Shown: piece after piece, positions 13,920-29,245 of the stretch
How the letters are laid out: each line of letters opens with the position of its first letter
How positions within the stretch are numbered: position 1 is the stretch's first letter
Assembly: GCA_951406725.2 (NCBI GenBank)
Contig: OX597817.1
Span: 155,558,001 to 155,622,000 of the forward strand
Length of the DNA stretch: 64,000 nt
Reading direction: 5' to 3'
Origin: Octopus vulgaris
Taxonomy: Eukaryota
Notes under the pieces: generated by a model
Told to the model about the DNA's origin: nothing
The model's database searches: none
The model's input: the letters and a program-made list of their open reading frames with translations, nothing else
Made by a program: the position numbers and the translations under genes

Positions 13920-14739
13920 TATAAATTGGCACAGGCATGGTTGTGTAGTTAAGAAGATTTCTTCCTAATCATATGGTTCCGTTTCAGTCCACTGCATGGT
14001 ACACTAGGCAAGTGTTTTCTTCTAAAGGCTTGTGAGTGGATTTTGTAGAAGAAAACCCATTATGCGTGGATCATTTAACATCCATCTTCTACGCTGGCAA
14101 GGGTTGGATAGTTTAAAAGGAGCTGACAATACCAGGCTCTGTTGTCTATTTTAGTAGGGTTTCTACAGTTGGATGCCCTTCCTATATGCATGCCTATGTC
14201 TGCCCCAGTGTATTTGTATTTCTCTCTTGTCCAAAAGTTTCACTAGCTTGTTTGTAAACAGTGGTCTCACAAAAGATGTCATTTGCTTGCAGTCCACTGT
14301 GAAACTATGTTCTGGTTTCTTGACATGTGCCTTCTTTGTAAGAAAAAGAGTTGTTCATTTTTAGTTCTCCGTGTAAGCATGTCTGAACTTTGCTGTTCGA
14401 TAGAGAGACTGGAAGGTTTTTACCTGACAAGGAAACAGGGGCTTGGTGACAGAAAGGACATCTGGCCATAGGAACCTCCTCTCTAACTAATGCAACCATG
14501 GAAATGTGAACATTTAAATGATTGTACACACACAGGTGTCCTTAGATACATATATCATCATTTAATATCCACATTTCCAGGTTTGCATAGGTCAGACAGA
14601 ATCTGTTGAAGCAGGTTTTCTTGGCCAGATGCTTTTCCTGTCACCAATCCTGACTGGTTTCCCGGTAAAATAATAGCTCCACATGAACAGACATGTTTTG
14701 CATCAAAGACTGGAAACAAACAACACTGCCTGTAAGACA

Positions 14740-15505
14740 TGTCCTACCAAATGCTTAAAACTTTCTGATGATGAAGATCTTGTTTTGGATGGGATCTTGC
14801 TTGTTTTCCTGATTGAACCCATTGATGTTGGCATTTACCATTCTTATAGGGTATCCACTTTTCATCACTGGTCACTAGGCAGTTCAAAAGTGGAGATTTG
14901 TTTCTACGTGTGAATAACAAGCAGTGCAGATATTGACACATTCTTTTTAATTGTTTTCACTCAGTCCATGCGGATCCCACTTGTCAGGCCTAGACATAAT
15001 TCCAAGTTGTTGCAAATGGTGATGGACAGTTGATGACAATGAATTAACCTCTTCTGCTAGCTCTTCAACAGTTGCATATGGATTTCATCCAGTAGCAGCT
15101 TTCACTACATCGTTATCAAAAGAAACAGGGTATCCAGAACGGCAGGCAGCTTCCAAGCTAAAGTCCCCATGTCGAAATTTCTGTAACCATTGTTGGCACT
15201 TGCAAATATTCAAAACACCTTCACCATACCCTTCTTGCATATTTTTTATAGCATTTGTTGCATTGTTGCCTTTTTTATATTTGCAAAACATGATGTGTCT
15301 ATTGTGCTCTTCTGTGACCTCTATTTTCATGAAGGGCTATTAAAGCAACAAGTTATTTGTGTGTCTGCAAGCCAGAATCTATCTAAACGAAGCTTTCCTT
15401 GCTCTGTGGTATTTATGTACCTGTGAAAAAGTCTTGTTTAAATGTGTTAGAGCATGTTTCAACAAGAATGGTCAGGAAAACGACATTACTTATGGGATGA
15501 CCTGA
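14740..15505 (-). mobile_element. Mariner (Hsmar1/cecropia-like) 5' half
   Basis: ORF 15085-15330 EVTEEHNRHIM..KGNNATNA..YGEG..CQQWLQKFRHGDFSLE..RSG. ORF 14744-14941 LVTSDEKWIPYKN (TGDEKW motif). TIR-like TA-tcaggtcatcccataag at 15505. Confidence 0.8.
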
Positions 15506-17426
15506 TACAACCATCATATGACATCAAGACAAGGGAACAACAAGTTTCTTCTAATTTCCATCAAACAAATTCACTCACAAGGTTTTTGTTGACACCCCAG
15601 TGCTATATAGTTTAAGACACTTGCCCAATGTGCTGTGCGGTGGGACTGAACCTAAGATCACATGGTTGGAAAGTAAGCTTCTTAACCACACAGCTACACC
15701 TACATTTGCCCAAAGTTCTACACAGCTAAGTCTGAACCTATGTGTGTGTGTGTGCATGCACACTAAGAGACCAAATTGATATTAACAACCAGGAAGATCT
15801 GTAGAAGAATTTGATTGCTACCAGTGTTAAAGAATTCAAGAACAAGAGAGTTGCATACACTGAGGATGTGAACCCTCTTCCTGGGAGGGACACAAAAGAG
15901 TCTCTTGGGTAAAGTGTGATCATGTCTGTTCAAAGGCAGGCCAACTCAGCCACAAGTATGGTCATGGATGTGTCCCCATCTGCTAATGTAATATCCAGCA
16001 TGATCTCTCATGTACATAGTATAGCAGTGTGAGGGGTGGTCAGTAGACTCACTTGGTATAGTAGGTCCCAGCACTCAGATGGTCAGGCTCCTGCTGGTTG
16101 ACTTGTGGTTGGTGTGGAATAATTTGTAAGTACCTTGCAGATCTTAGGAGCCATAAGAGATACCAACAAGGAGACCAAACTTAAGATGTTTCATTGAGTG
16201 AAATGGGTCTAAGAAGTGGTTTTATTTGTTCAAATGTTGACTTCCACTATATACACACATTAAACAATTATATATACAGGCTCAGGTGTAGCTGTGTGGC
16301 ACCTTGGACCAATACCTAAAGCTATAGTCATATATCATCATCATTGTTTTAATGTTCACTCTTCCATGCCTGTATGGGTCAGATGGGATTTGTTGACACA
16401 AATTTTCTAAACACAGATGCTGTTCCTGTCACCTGATACCAAGCAAGATTTCTCCATGGTTGGATGTTTCATGGAAAACTGAAAATGAGAGAATCTTCTT
16501 GTATGATGGTAACACAACAGACTTCTTTCAGTTTCCAAAAAAACAAATCTAACAAGGCTTTGATCTGCCCAAGCTACAATAAAAAAAAAATCACTTGCCT
16601 AAGGTAACAAGCAGCCAGTCTGAATCTGAAGCAATTTTATAGGGAAGCAAATTTCAACCTCACAGCCATTCCTGTGCACACACACATAACAGGGGCCCTT
16701 TTAGGCATAAAAGGAATAAAGCTGCAAGTTGCAAGGTGACCTCACCTGTGCTGCTGTCATGCAAAAAGCACCCAGTGCACTGTGAAGTGGTCAGCCGGCT
16801 GTAGAAACTATGGCAAAACTGACATTTGAGCATGGCCTCTCAGATAGCCAAAATCCAATCCATGAACAGCTGACACACACACACATACATATTTTCACTA
16901 TTTTTTCCTTTTATTATTTTGTATTTGTTTTATTCTTTTATACCTTATCTATTGTTCAATATTTTTGAGTTGTTTCATTCCTTATTGTTTGGTAGGGATA
17001 TTATCTTGTAAATTTATTTTCTTTGCCTCCTGTCTTTATCTTTATTTGCTTATTTTTACTCATATTTTAAATTTCTATATATCATTTTTGTATTTCTTTA
17101 ATTTTTGATTTTGTTTCAATTGCTATTCTCTATCATTTTACAATTATTTATATCCTGATTTATCACATCTGTCATTATTTGCACTTTGGTATAAACATGA
17201 ATTTTACAATAAGGGCAATACTTTTAATCCATTTTTATACATCAATATCTCCATCTTAGATGAAACAATCATAATGAAGGATTTGAAATCTGAATATCTT
17301 GTTTTCTGTGTATATTCAACTATTTGAGGCACTTTCACTAAATCCAGATTTAAAGTGTACATTGTAAGTAGATGGAAATTTGAAATGACCAGCACACAGC
17401 CCTAACTAGTTTTGTAATGTGCATGC

Positions 17427-17469
<43 letters not shown>

Positions 17470-17769
17470 CATAACTGTTTTAATGGCTATTTTTCTATGC
17501 TTGCATGGGTCTAACAGAATTTTTGAGTCAGATAATCATCTATTTCCAAAAAGAGGCAGTATTTCTCCATGACCAGACATTTTCCTGGAAGGCTGGAAAC
17601 TAATAACACTGGTTGGTGGTGACATTCATATACAACTGATGTCAAGGCAAAGAGACACAAACACACATGCATATGAAAGATTTCTTTCAGTTTCTGCTTA
17701 TCGAATCAATTCACAAGACTTTAGGTCAACCTGGGGCTGTAGTAGAAGACATTCTACCAAGGTGCCAAT

Positions 17770-18900
17770 ACAGATGCTGTCTTAGTAATAAGGCAACTGC
17801 AGGAGAAGCACTTACCAAAAGAAGAACTGCTGTACTTGGCATTTGTTGACACAGAAAAGCCTTTGGCTGAGTCCCTCATTCACTGATGTGGAAGCTAGGA
17901 GTAAATGTTTGGTTGATGAGAGCTGTGCAAGCCTGTCAGTAAGGTGTAAGTTAGCAGGCAGGAGTTCACCAAGGATCAGTTCTCAGTTCCTCTTGTTATC
18001 ATGAACCTCCAGGCCATAACTGAAGAATTTAAGACTGGTTGCCCTTGGAAGCTTCTCTATGCTGATGACCTTGTTCTTATAGCTGAATCTCTTACTAGAG
18101 TTAGAGAAGAAATTTCAGGTATGGAATTCAGACAAATTATTAATCCCTTCAGAGAAATGGCTCTGCTCAATATGTAGAAAAAGTGTAAGTATAAATTTTA
18201 TTTAATGTACCCAGTGCAAGATATGGATACATAACAGGTGCAATGGTATCACAGGAAGGTTAACAGAGAAAGTAGTTTTTGTGTGTGGTAAATGTGCAGG
18301 TACAATGAACAGAAAGGATGTACAAGAATATCCTTGGAGGTAGTAGATAGTTTTTATTACCTCAGTAATTAAATTAGCAGCAGTGGAGATTACTCTGAAA
18401 GCAAAGTTGCTAGAATAAGAACCAGCTGGAAAAAATTCAGAGAGCTATTACCTTTGTTGGTCACAAAGGACCTGTTAGAATGAAAGGCAGACAATATGAT
18501 GCCTGTGTACAGACATATATGCTATTGGGCAGTGAAACATGGGCTGTGATTGCAGAGGACATGCAAACGCTTGAAGGAAATGAAGTCAACATGCTCTGCT
18601 GGATGTGCAATGTTAGTGTGCAAGTATGACAAGTTGTTTTGAAAGAGAAATTCTAAGAGACATCAGTTATAGTGCACAAGAGAAAAGATTGCACTGGTAT
18701 GGTCGTGTGATGTATATAGAAGAGGACAGCTGCATAAAGAAGTGCTGATCTCTAAATGAGAAGGGAACCTGAGAAAGAGGAAGACCAAGGAAGTGTGGAA
18801 TGAATTGGTGAGAAATCATCTTGAGATGTTGATCTACACAGAGATAACGACAGACTGAGACAACTGGTGATATGCTGTGCTTTACAAGACCCCCATCTAG
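17770..18900 (+). mobile_element. RTE-clade LINE reverse-transcriptase remnant
   Basis: GVHQGSVLS, PWKLLYADDLVLIAES (YADD at ~18058), GSETWAV, RLHWYG..GRPRK, with many stops and frameshifts. Confidence 0.8.
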
Positions 18901-19699
18901 CAAAGCAAAATCCATGTTCATAACCCATTCCCTCTCCTACAACCTACCCATGCTTACCATTAATGTTCTTCACCCCCACACCTCTCCATTCTCCCTCACA
19001 TGCCCACCTCCCTGAACACAATATGCCACTGATAAGCCCACCACCTCTAGCTCCTAAACGTCCAAAATCTTATAAATTCACCAATCTAACCACCCTTTCC
19101 AACCCCTAGTCCACTCCACTATGTACACCACCCTGTAACTTGGATGTATGGCCCCTGCCCCCCTCTCTGTTACATCTTCATCCTTATCTTCTCCATCTGC
19201 GGTAGCCATATCTCTCTTCTAATGCACATCATTCTGTTTTTCAATACTACCCCAGCACTCACCAATTGAAGAGTCTGGTCCTGCAAGTTGCTCGGTGACC
19301 TCACTGCTATTGGTGCCACATAAAAAGCATCCAGTACACTCAGCAAAGTGGTTGGCATCCAGCCATAGAAACAATGCCAAAACAGGCTGTAGCATTTTGA
19401 CTTGCATGTTCCTGTCAAACTGTCCAACCCCATGCCAGCATAGAAAATGGATATTAAATGATGACAACAAAGATGATGAACTGGTTCACTCAGCTTCATG
19501 GATTAATGACATGCCCACATCAAGATGTACAAAGAATACAAGTTACTCCAACCAAATATATTGAGTGGTACTTTCATTTGTTCACTCACTCATGAATGTA
19601 TTTTCTTTATACATTTAGTCTTGCAGACGCAGTCATGCCTATGGGCATCATTATCACCACTTAATACCTGCTTTCCCACAAGATTAGGATTTTTCTACA

Positions 19700-19935
19700 T
19701 CTATGTATCTACATATACCAATATCTATATATATCTACATATACCAACATCTATATATATCTACATATACCAACATCTATATATATCTACATATACCAAT
19801 ATCTATATATATCTACATATACCAACATCTATATATCTACATATACCAACATCTATATATCTACATATACCAACATCTATATATCTACATATACCAACAT
19901 CTATATATCTACATACATCAATATCTATATACACA
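19700..19935. repeat. Minisatellite, 24-26 bp unit ATCTACATATACCAACATCTATATAT, about 9 copies
   Basis: Direct tandem units visible. Confidence 0.85.
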
Positions 19936-19954
19936 TATATACATACATATATAT

Positions 19955-20475
19955 AAGATGTGCCCAGTGTAAGCTATGGATACATAAGAGGTGCAGCAAT
20001 ATCAAAGGAAGGGTAACTGGGAAGATAGTTTTTGTATGTGGCTGAAGCTCTGGAGCAATAAACACTGAAAATGTGGAGAGAACATCTTCCGCCACATTCC
20101 AGGGAGGAAAGCTAGAAGTAGTTGATAGCTTCCGTTACCTAGGTGACCAAGTCAGTAGCGGGGGAGAAAGCGCTGAAAGTATACCTGTAGAATAAGAATA
20201 GCCTGGGCAAAGTTCAGAGAGCTCTTACCTCTGTTGGTGACAAAGGGCCTCTCACCCAGAGTATAAGGCAGACTGTATGACGCACGTGTATGAACAGCCA
20301 TGCTACATGGCAGTGAAACATGGGCTGTGACTGCTGAGGACATGCATAAACTTGCAAGGAATGAAGACAGTATGCTCCGCTGGATGTGTAATGTCAATGT
20401 GCATACACGACAGAGTGTAAGTACCTTGAGAGTTGGACCTAAGAAGCATCAGATGCGGTGTGCAAGAGAGATGAC
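19955..20475 (+). mobile_element. RTE-clade LINE fragment (same family as 17770-18900, younger)
   Basis: EVVDSFRYLGD, AWAKFRELLPLL, MLHGSETWAVTAEDMHKLARNE. Confidence 0.8.
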
Positions 20476-20536
20476 TGTATATATCTGTATATACAATTAT
20501 GTGTATTTATATATATAAATACATGTATATGTATGT

Positions 20537-20838
20537 ATCATCATCATCGTTTAACGTCCGCTTTCCATGCTAGCATGGGTTGGACGGTTCAACTGGGGTC
20601 TGAGAAGCCCGAAGGCTGCACCAGGCCAGTCAGATCTCGCAGTGTTTCTACAGCTGGATGCCCTTCCTAACGCCAACCACTCTGTGAGTGTAGTGGGTAC
20701 TTTTTATGTGCCACCAACACAGGTGCCAGACGAGGCTGGCGAACGGCCACGCTCAGATGGTGCTTTTTATGTGCCACCGGCACGGAGGCCAGGCAAGGCT
20801 GGCAACGGCCACGATCGGATGGTGTTTGTTACGTGCCA
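20537..20838 (-). mobile_element. SINE family C with (GAT)n tail and internal ~55-bp repeats (other copies 44380-44762 +, 60848-61126 +, 25258-25342 + fragment)
   Basis: Shared ggagtggttggcgttaggaagggcatccagctgtagaaac and ccaacccatgctagcatggaaagcggacgttaaacgatgatgat. Confidence 0.8.
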
Positions 20839-20878
<40 letters not shown>

Positions 20879-21271
20879 CAGACATATATATATAGTATTG
20901 TAAGTTCAGTGAAAATTTAGATTCAGATGAATATGGTACTTAAGTTAAAGGCACCAGGATTTGGTATGGTATTATCCATTTTGATTATATATATACATAT
21001 GTACATGTGTGTATATATATACACACACACATATACATATATAAATATATATATACATATATATGTATATAGAATTTAGTTTTCACTTAATGTATATTCA
21101 GGTATTTTATATATATATATATATTTTAAATATTTTAATTAATCGTATCTTATTTTTTAATCTATTTTTTATTTAAACAAGAATATATTTGTTAAGATAT
21201 TTTGTATTTTACAAGATTATATACGTATATTTATTAATTTATCTAATTAATTATTTTATTGCTTTTATCTT

Positions 21272-21348
21272 TAACCTGAAGAGTGACTATATTGAAGTGA
21301 TTTTACTATTATCATTTCTTAAATATAGCCTCGAAACATGTGTAGTTA
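21272..21348 (+). ncRNA. Minimal type-I hammerhead ribozyme candidate
   Basis: Stem I taac/gtta, core CTGAAGA, long stem II (gtgactatattgaagtgat/atcatttcttaaatatagcctc), GAAA, minimal stem III C-ATGT-G, cleavage triplet GTA (21342-21344). Confidence 0.6.
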
Positions 21349-21658
21349 TTCTACAAAATATATACTTCTTATTTATTATTTTACACATTACTTAATCATT
21401 GGTATATGTTTTATCTTATATTTAATCTTTCCATAAGATGAAATTTTTCTAAATGGTATAATTTAATTTTTTCATTATTAAATTGATAAAATGTGTTTTT
21501 TTTCTAATTTATATATATATATTATATTTTCTGAAATTTGATGTAGTATTTCTGAATTGAATTTTTCCCTGTAAGTTAGGAATAATATTCCCTCATATTA
21601 TTATTATCATATATACATATATTATTACATATACACACACACATATATATACATATGT

Positions 21659-21951
21659 GGAGGAACAATGGCCCAGTGGTTAGGGTAGCGGAGTCGTGGT
21701 CGTAAAATCGTGGTTTTGATTCCCAGACAGGGCATTGTGAGAGTTTATTAAGCAAAAACACCAAAAGCTCCACGAGGCTCCAGCAGGGAGTGCTGGCAAT
21801 CCCTGCTGCACTCTTTCACTCTTTCTTCTGTTGGCCTGCTCGTTTAGCAGGCGGGGTGGCGTCATTTGAAGACTAAAACAATGCAAAGCATATTGTGACC
21901 AGTGATATGTAGCAACATCTCATAGCCTGGTCGGTCACAGTGATCACAGTA
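21659..21951 (+). mobile_element. tRNA-derived SINE family D, tail variant 1
   Basis: ggagg..caatggcccagtggttaggg (A box)...ggttttgattcccagac (B box)...aaagctccacgaggctcc head, shared with 45051 and 63420. Confidence 0.75.
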
Positions 21952-22698
<747 letters not shown>

Positions 22699-22702
22699 GT
22701 TA

Positions 22703-23056
22703 CCGTATTTGACGGCATATAGGATACACTTTTTTCCAAAAAATTTGGCTCAAAAAAATGCTCTGCGTCTAATATGCGAAGTCAAGACCCTCCCGTAGGC
22801 TAATCTTCTCCCAGACGCTCACTAACCTAGCTTACGATAAGTATTTCTACCTACGCTAACGCCTTAATGATGTTTTCCGTACTCATGCATCATTATTTTA
22901 TTGCTATTATTATTATTATTATTATTACCAGTATTATTACTTTAAAATACAAATTATGGTAAAAATCAAAGCAATATATGCTTAAATACTTAAAACTTTT
23001 TTTCCTGAATTTGACCTGCTGAAATGAGGGTGCGTCTAATATGCCGTCAAATACGG
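22703..23056. mobile_element. Tc2/pogo-type MITE
   Basis: TIR ccgtatttgacggcata / tatgccgtcaaatacgg with TA on both sides. Confidence 0.85.
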
Positions 23057-23059
23057 TAA

Positions 23060-23353
23060 TTTTTCTGGCTCAAAAAGCAAAAAGCAAGGCCATGTAGGGA
23101 GACATGGAGTTATGTACAGGATGGTGTTCATGTAAAGAGTTCAGGCCACTTGTGGTCAAGGGAGACTTTGAACAAAGCGGTCGTCGGCATCTTCACCATC
23201 TCGTCTGGCAGTGTGTTCCACGGATCCGCAACCCGGACGGAGAAAGCCCCTCTCCTTCGATTGAGATGAAATCATCGCAGATAGAGCTTTTCGGAATGAC
23301 CCCGCAGCCGACGCTCTGGAGCAGGAGTGAAGAACAGCTCTTTCGAGAGGTTA
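23060..23353 (-). mobile_element. CR1-type LINE 3' end
   Basis: Minus-frame LRGHSEKLYLRRFHLNRRRGAFSVRVADPWNTLPDEMV...FKVSLD followed by a short repeated tail. Confidence 0.75.
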
Positions 23354-23479
23354 CATATATATATACATATATATATATACCTATATATATATACACATAT
23401 GTATATATATAAACTTCATAGTACTTTTAAAACAATTCAGCTGCAAGGTCATGCTGGAGCACCACCACTGACTGAGCTA

Positions 23480-24345
23480 CACCATTATTTGGAGCCTCTT
23501 CTAATATGTGGCATTTGGTCAATGAGGGAGTTTGATGTTGCTGCCCTCATCTGTGTTTCCTGCTGTGATGTAGGCTTGTCTGGAACCCATAACAAGAGAT
23601 CCAGTTTTGTTTTAAAGACATTTACATCCACAGGCATTTTGGAAGGATATTAAAGAGCTGTGGGCCCTTGAAGCCCGAGCTGTTGCAGTATCTGGTCCTG
23701 TATTTTGATGTTGGGATCTTTGGCACTATGGAGTGGCGGCCCGTTCTGCAGTATGAATAACTTTCAATGCCGAAGTTTGGTACAAGGTTTCTAGGATTTT
23801 CCAGATGCATATCACTGCATATCTCTCTCACCTTCATTCCAGGGAGAAGAGTTTTAATTCTTTAGGTCTTTCCCAGTAGGTGACATGTTGCATCAAGACG
23901 ATTTTCTTAGTTTTGCAGCCATTCTCCAAGTTTTCCACATATGCCGAGATCGCGCAGTTTGTGACATATCATACCATGGTTAACTTTGTCAAAGGCTTTT
24001 GCAAAGTCGAGATATATCACATCCACAATTGAGTTATTCAGCAGCTGTGTCAGACAGCTTCTACCTAGACATAATTCATGCTGGGTGTCAGTCAGCAAGT
24101 CATTTTCTTCTAGGAAGGTGATTAGTTTCTAGGGAATTATTTGTTACATGACATTACTGATGTGTGAAGGTAGACAGATAGGCCTATAATTTTTAGCAAC
24201 TGCTCCCTTCCTCATGGAAAGGGCATATTATCTCTTCCTTCAGTTTGTCTGGGAGCTTACCCCTTGCAAAGAAGTTCTGGAAGAGAAGCTGCAGTGGTTT
24301 TGTAAGAGCTCGCTTGCATGGTTTGAGTACGACTGCTGGAAACCC
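23480..24345 (-). mobile_element. CR1-clade LINE RT remnant
   Basis: NYRPI, GRSCLTQLL..VDVIYLDFAKAFDKVNHG..KL..LGI.GKLGEWL (ORF 23907-24098), GPQLFNILP. Confidence 0.85.
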
Positions 24346-24349
24346 ATCC

Positions 24350-24585
24350 AACATACACATATATGTATCTATCTAGATATGTATCTATACATATACATAT
24401 ATGTATCAATATATATACATACATCTATATGTATATATACCTCTATACATATATATAGCTATATCCATATATATATATATATATATCTATACATATATGT
24501 ATCTATCTATACATATATATATATATATATGCACACACACCTATACACATGTATATCTATATATAGATACACTTATACATATGTA

Positions 24586-24621
<36 letters not shown>

Positions 24622-24765
24622 GATGCACCTATACATTATCTATCTATATATATATACACCTATATGTATAGCTATATCTATACATATATGTATCTATATA
24701 TATATCTATATATATATGTACCTATCTATCTATATATATATATCTATATACCTATATATACACAA

Positions 24766-24814
<49 letters not shown>

Positions 24815-25170
24815 CGTATCTATATATCTATACATATATATATATACCTATACATATAAGTATATACACACACCTATATATATGTATATCTATATATATC
24901 GATACACCTATACATATGTATATCCATATCTAGATAGATACACCTATACATATATATATATAGATACACCTATACATATGTGTGTGTATATATATATATA
25001 TATATATAATGTATCTATCTACATATATATGTATCTATATATATATACACATGTGCATCTATATATACATATGTACCTATATATAAATACATATGAATCT
25101 ATCTACGTATCTATGAATCTATACATATAGGTATATTAGACACACACACACATGTATTGGTATGTATGCA

Positions 25171-25206
<36 letters not shown>

Positions 25207-25494
25207 AATATGTGTATATACATATAAATATGTATATAAATAAATATATATATGTATGAAGCCTTCTGGCTTCACAGACCCCAGTAGAACCGTCCAACCC
25301 ATGCTAGCATGGAAAACGGACGCTAAACAATGATGATGATGATATATATATCTGCCTATCTACATATATATATGCATCCATATATATGTATCTATCTATC
25401 TACATATATGTATTGATACATACATATGTATCTATACATATATATCTATGAATCTATATATATATATATATATGAATCTATATATATCTATGAA

Positions 25495-25531
<37 letters not shown>

Positions 25532-25620
25532 ATGAATCTATATATATCTATGAATCTATATATATCTATGAATCTATATATATATATATATATATATATG
25601 AATCTATATATATCTATGAA

Positions 25621-25656
<36 letters not shown>

Positions 25657-25673
25657 ATATATATCTATGAATC

Positions 25674-25723
<50 letters not shown>

Positions 25724-25744
25724 GAATCTATATATATCTATGAA

Positions 25745-25780
<36 letters not shown>

Positions 25781-25852
25781 TCTATATATATCTATGAATC
25801 TATATATATATATATATACATAACACACATATATATATATATGTCTGTGTGC

Positions 25853-25883
<31 letters not shown>

Positions 25884-25905
25884 CATACATACATACATAC
25901 ATACA
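24350..25905. repeat. Degenerate TA/CA-rich simple repeats including an ATCTATGAATCTATATAT minisatellite (25440-25810)
   Basis: Low-complexity tandem units. Confidence 0.85.
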
Positions 25906-26160
25906 CAATGAACATAAGTTGCACGTATATATCATCATCATACTTTTCCATCCTTTCATTGGTTAGGCAAAATTTGTCAAAGCAGCTTTTTCTACCGCCT
26001 GATACCCTTGCAAACATCTGTTTCTATGCATTCTAACATTTTCCCTTGATCAGAGATGTTTTTGTGAAAGATTGAAAATGAATGGCACTGCTTGTATGAT
26101 GTTAAGCAGCCATTTACAACTATCATGCGGTATCAATGGAGGTGAGCACACAAATGTATC

Positions 26161-26274
<114 letters not shown>

Positions 26275-27555
26275 AGAGAGAGATACATAGTGTTCTTTTG
26301 TTTCAGTTACTGTGACCATCCTGGAGCATGGCCTTAAAACATGTTTAAACTTGATACTTATTCTATCAGTCTTTTCTACCAAACCACTAATTTACAGGGA
26401 TGTAAACACACCAACACCAGCTGTCAAGCATTGGTGGGGGGACAAGCAGACACAAAGATAAAAACACACACATCAAATTCATCGGCGTCATTTAACATCT
26501 GCCTCCAATGCTAGCATGGGTGGGACGGTTTCACAGGAACTGGCCAGGCAGAAGCCTGCACGAGACTTGTTCTGGCAATATTTTTACAGCTGGATGCCCT
26601 TCCTAACACCAACACTCAGCAGAATATGTATATATATATATATACACGACGGGCTTCTCTCAGTTTCTGTCTGCCAAATCCACTCACAAGGTTTTGGTCA
26701 GCCCATGGTTTAGGAGATACTTGCCCTAGGTGCCTTGCAGTACACACACACACACACCCATATACCTGCATTTTCTATTCACTTTCCCTTTTGGCATACA
26801 TCCCATGTATACTACAAATATACACACACATATATACACACACACACACACAAAGTTGGCCAAAAATTCACCCGACAGTAAATTAAATTTCCTTAAATAC
26901 TATCTGTAATTCTGTACTAACTTGAATGGAAAAATGTGTCGTTTAAGGACTTCAGTTTGAGTAATTTTCAGGTTTCATATTTAGATGCTTTTATTTAATA
27001 CATTCATTTGTTAAACATGATTAGAATTAAATAGTTTTGATTTACTGTCAGGTGACTTTTGGCCAACCCTATATCAATATATACAATATATATACTTACA
27101 GAAGTATGTGTGTGAGTGTCTGCATATATATGAGTGTGTGTAGATGCAGGTACAGCTGTGTGATTATGATGCTTGCTTCTGAACCATGAGGTCTTGGGTT
27201 CAGTCCCATTTTGCAGCATGTAAGCAAATGCCTTCTATTATAGTCACAGACCATTCAAAACGTAAAGAGTGGATTTGATAGATCTAAAGCCAAAGAAACC
27301 TGTCATTTATATATGTATGTATGTGTGCGCACACTCTTCTCTTGTTATCACATGATGGTTGTAAAGGAGCAATTCATAGTGAAGTTGTTTTTTTTTTCTT
27401 TCAGTCTCCTTCAGAAAACATGTCTAGCTATGGAAAAAAAAAATGTTGGTTGCAAACAGTTGAGTGTTGGCAGCAGGAAGGGCATCCAACCATAGAAAGT
27501 CTGCCTCAACTAATTTCATCTGACCCCTGTATGGGTTAAATAACGATTCTTATAC

Positions 27556-27559
<4 letters not shown>

Positions 27560-27597
<38 letters not shown>

Positions 27598-27820
27598 CCA
27601 CAAACACTATATATACATGCAGAGTACATATGTGTGTGTGCACATATATATATAAATATATATATAGACACCCCCCCACACAAACACTATATATACATGC
27701 AGAGTACATATGTGTGTGTGCATATATATATATATAAATATATAGACACACACCCCCACAAACACTATATATACATGCAGAGTACATATGTGTGTGTGTG
27801 CATATATATATATATATATA
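27560..27820. repeat. Tandem repeat, 3 copies of an ~80-bp unit
   Basis: cacaaacactatatatacatgcagagtacatatgtgtgtgtgca occurs three times. Confidence 0.85.
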
Positions 27821-27905
27821 AAATTTTCACTAAATGTGACTAGGGTGTTAGGAATCATTTAATAACAATTATAATTCTCCGTGGTGAAACATTACAAAGT
27901 GCTCA

Positions 27906-27950
<45 letters not shown>

Positions 27951-27997
27951 CACACACACATATATATACTGTATGCCTATATATACATCCGGCGTGC

Positions 27998-28045
27998 TTC
28001 TGGCTGACGCGACACAACGGTGGCGAAACACCGGCTGTCCCAGAA
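27998..28045 (+). ncRNA. Type-I hammerhead ribozyme-like motif (A9C core variant)
   Basis: Stem I ttctgg/ccagaa, core CTGACGC, stem II gacac-aacg-gtggc, GAAA, stem III ca-ccggc-tg, cleavage triplet GTC (28037-28039). Confidence 0.6.
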
Positions 28046-28200
28046 TCCCTTGTACTAACGAATCAAATGTGTCGGGAACACCATATCCGCTGTAAAGAAT
28101 ACAACCAATGATTAGCATATCCCTGTTCGAAACTGCCAGAACGTATTTAGAATACGCAAGCCATCGTTTTGTATCTGGAGCATATGACGAGATATTACAA

Positions 28201-29245
<1,045 letters not shown>

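Noticed and set aside
19700-19935. Regularly spaced repeats (also 27560-27820, 63075-63270) as a possible CRISPR array
   Set aside because: No unique spacers, no cas genes, eukaryotic context. These are minisatellites.
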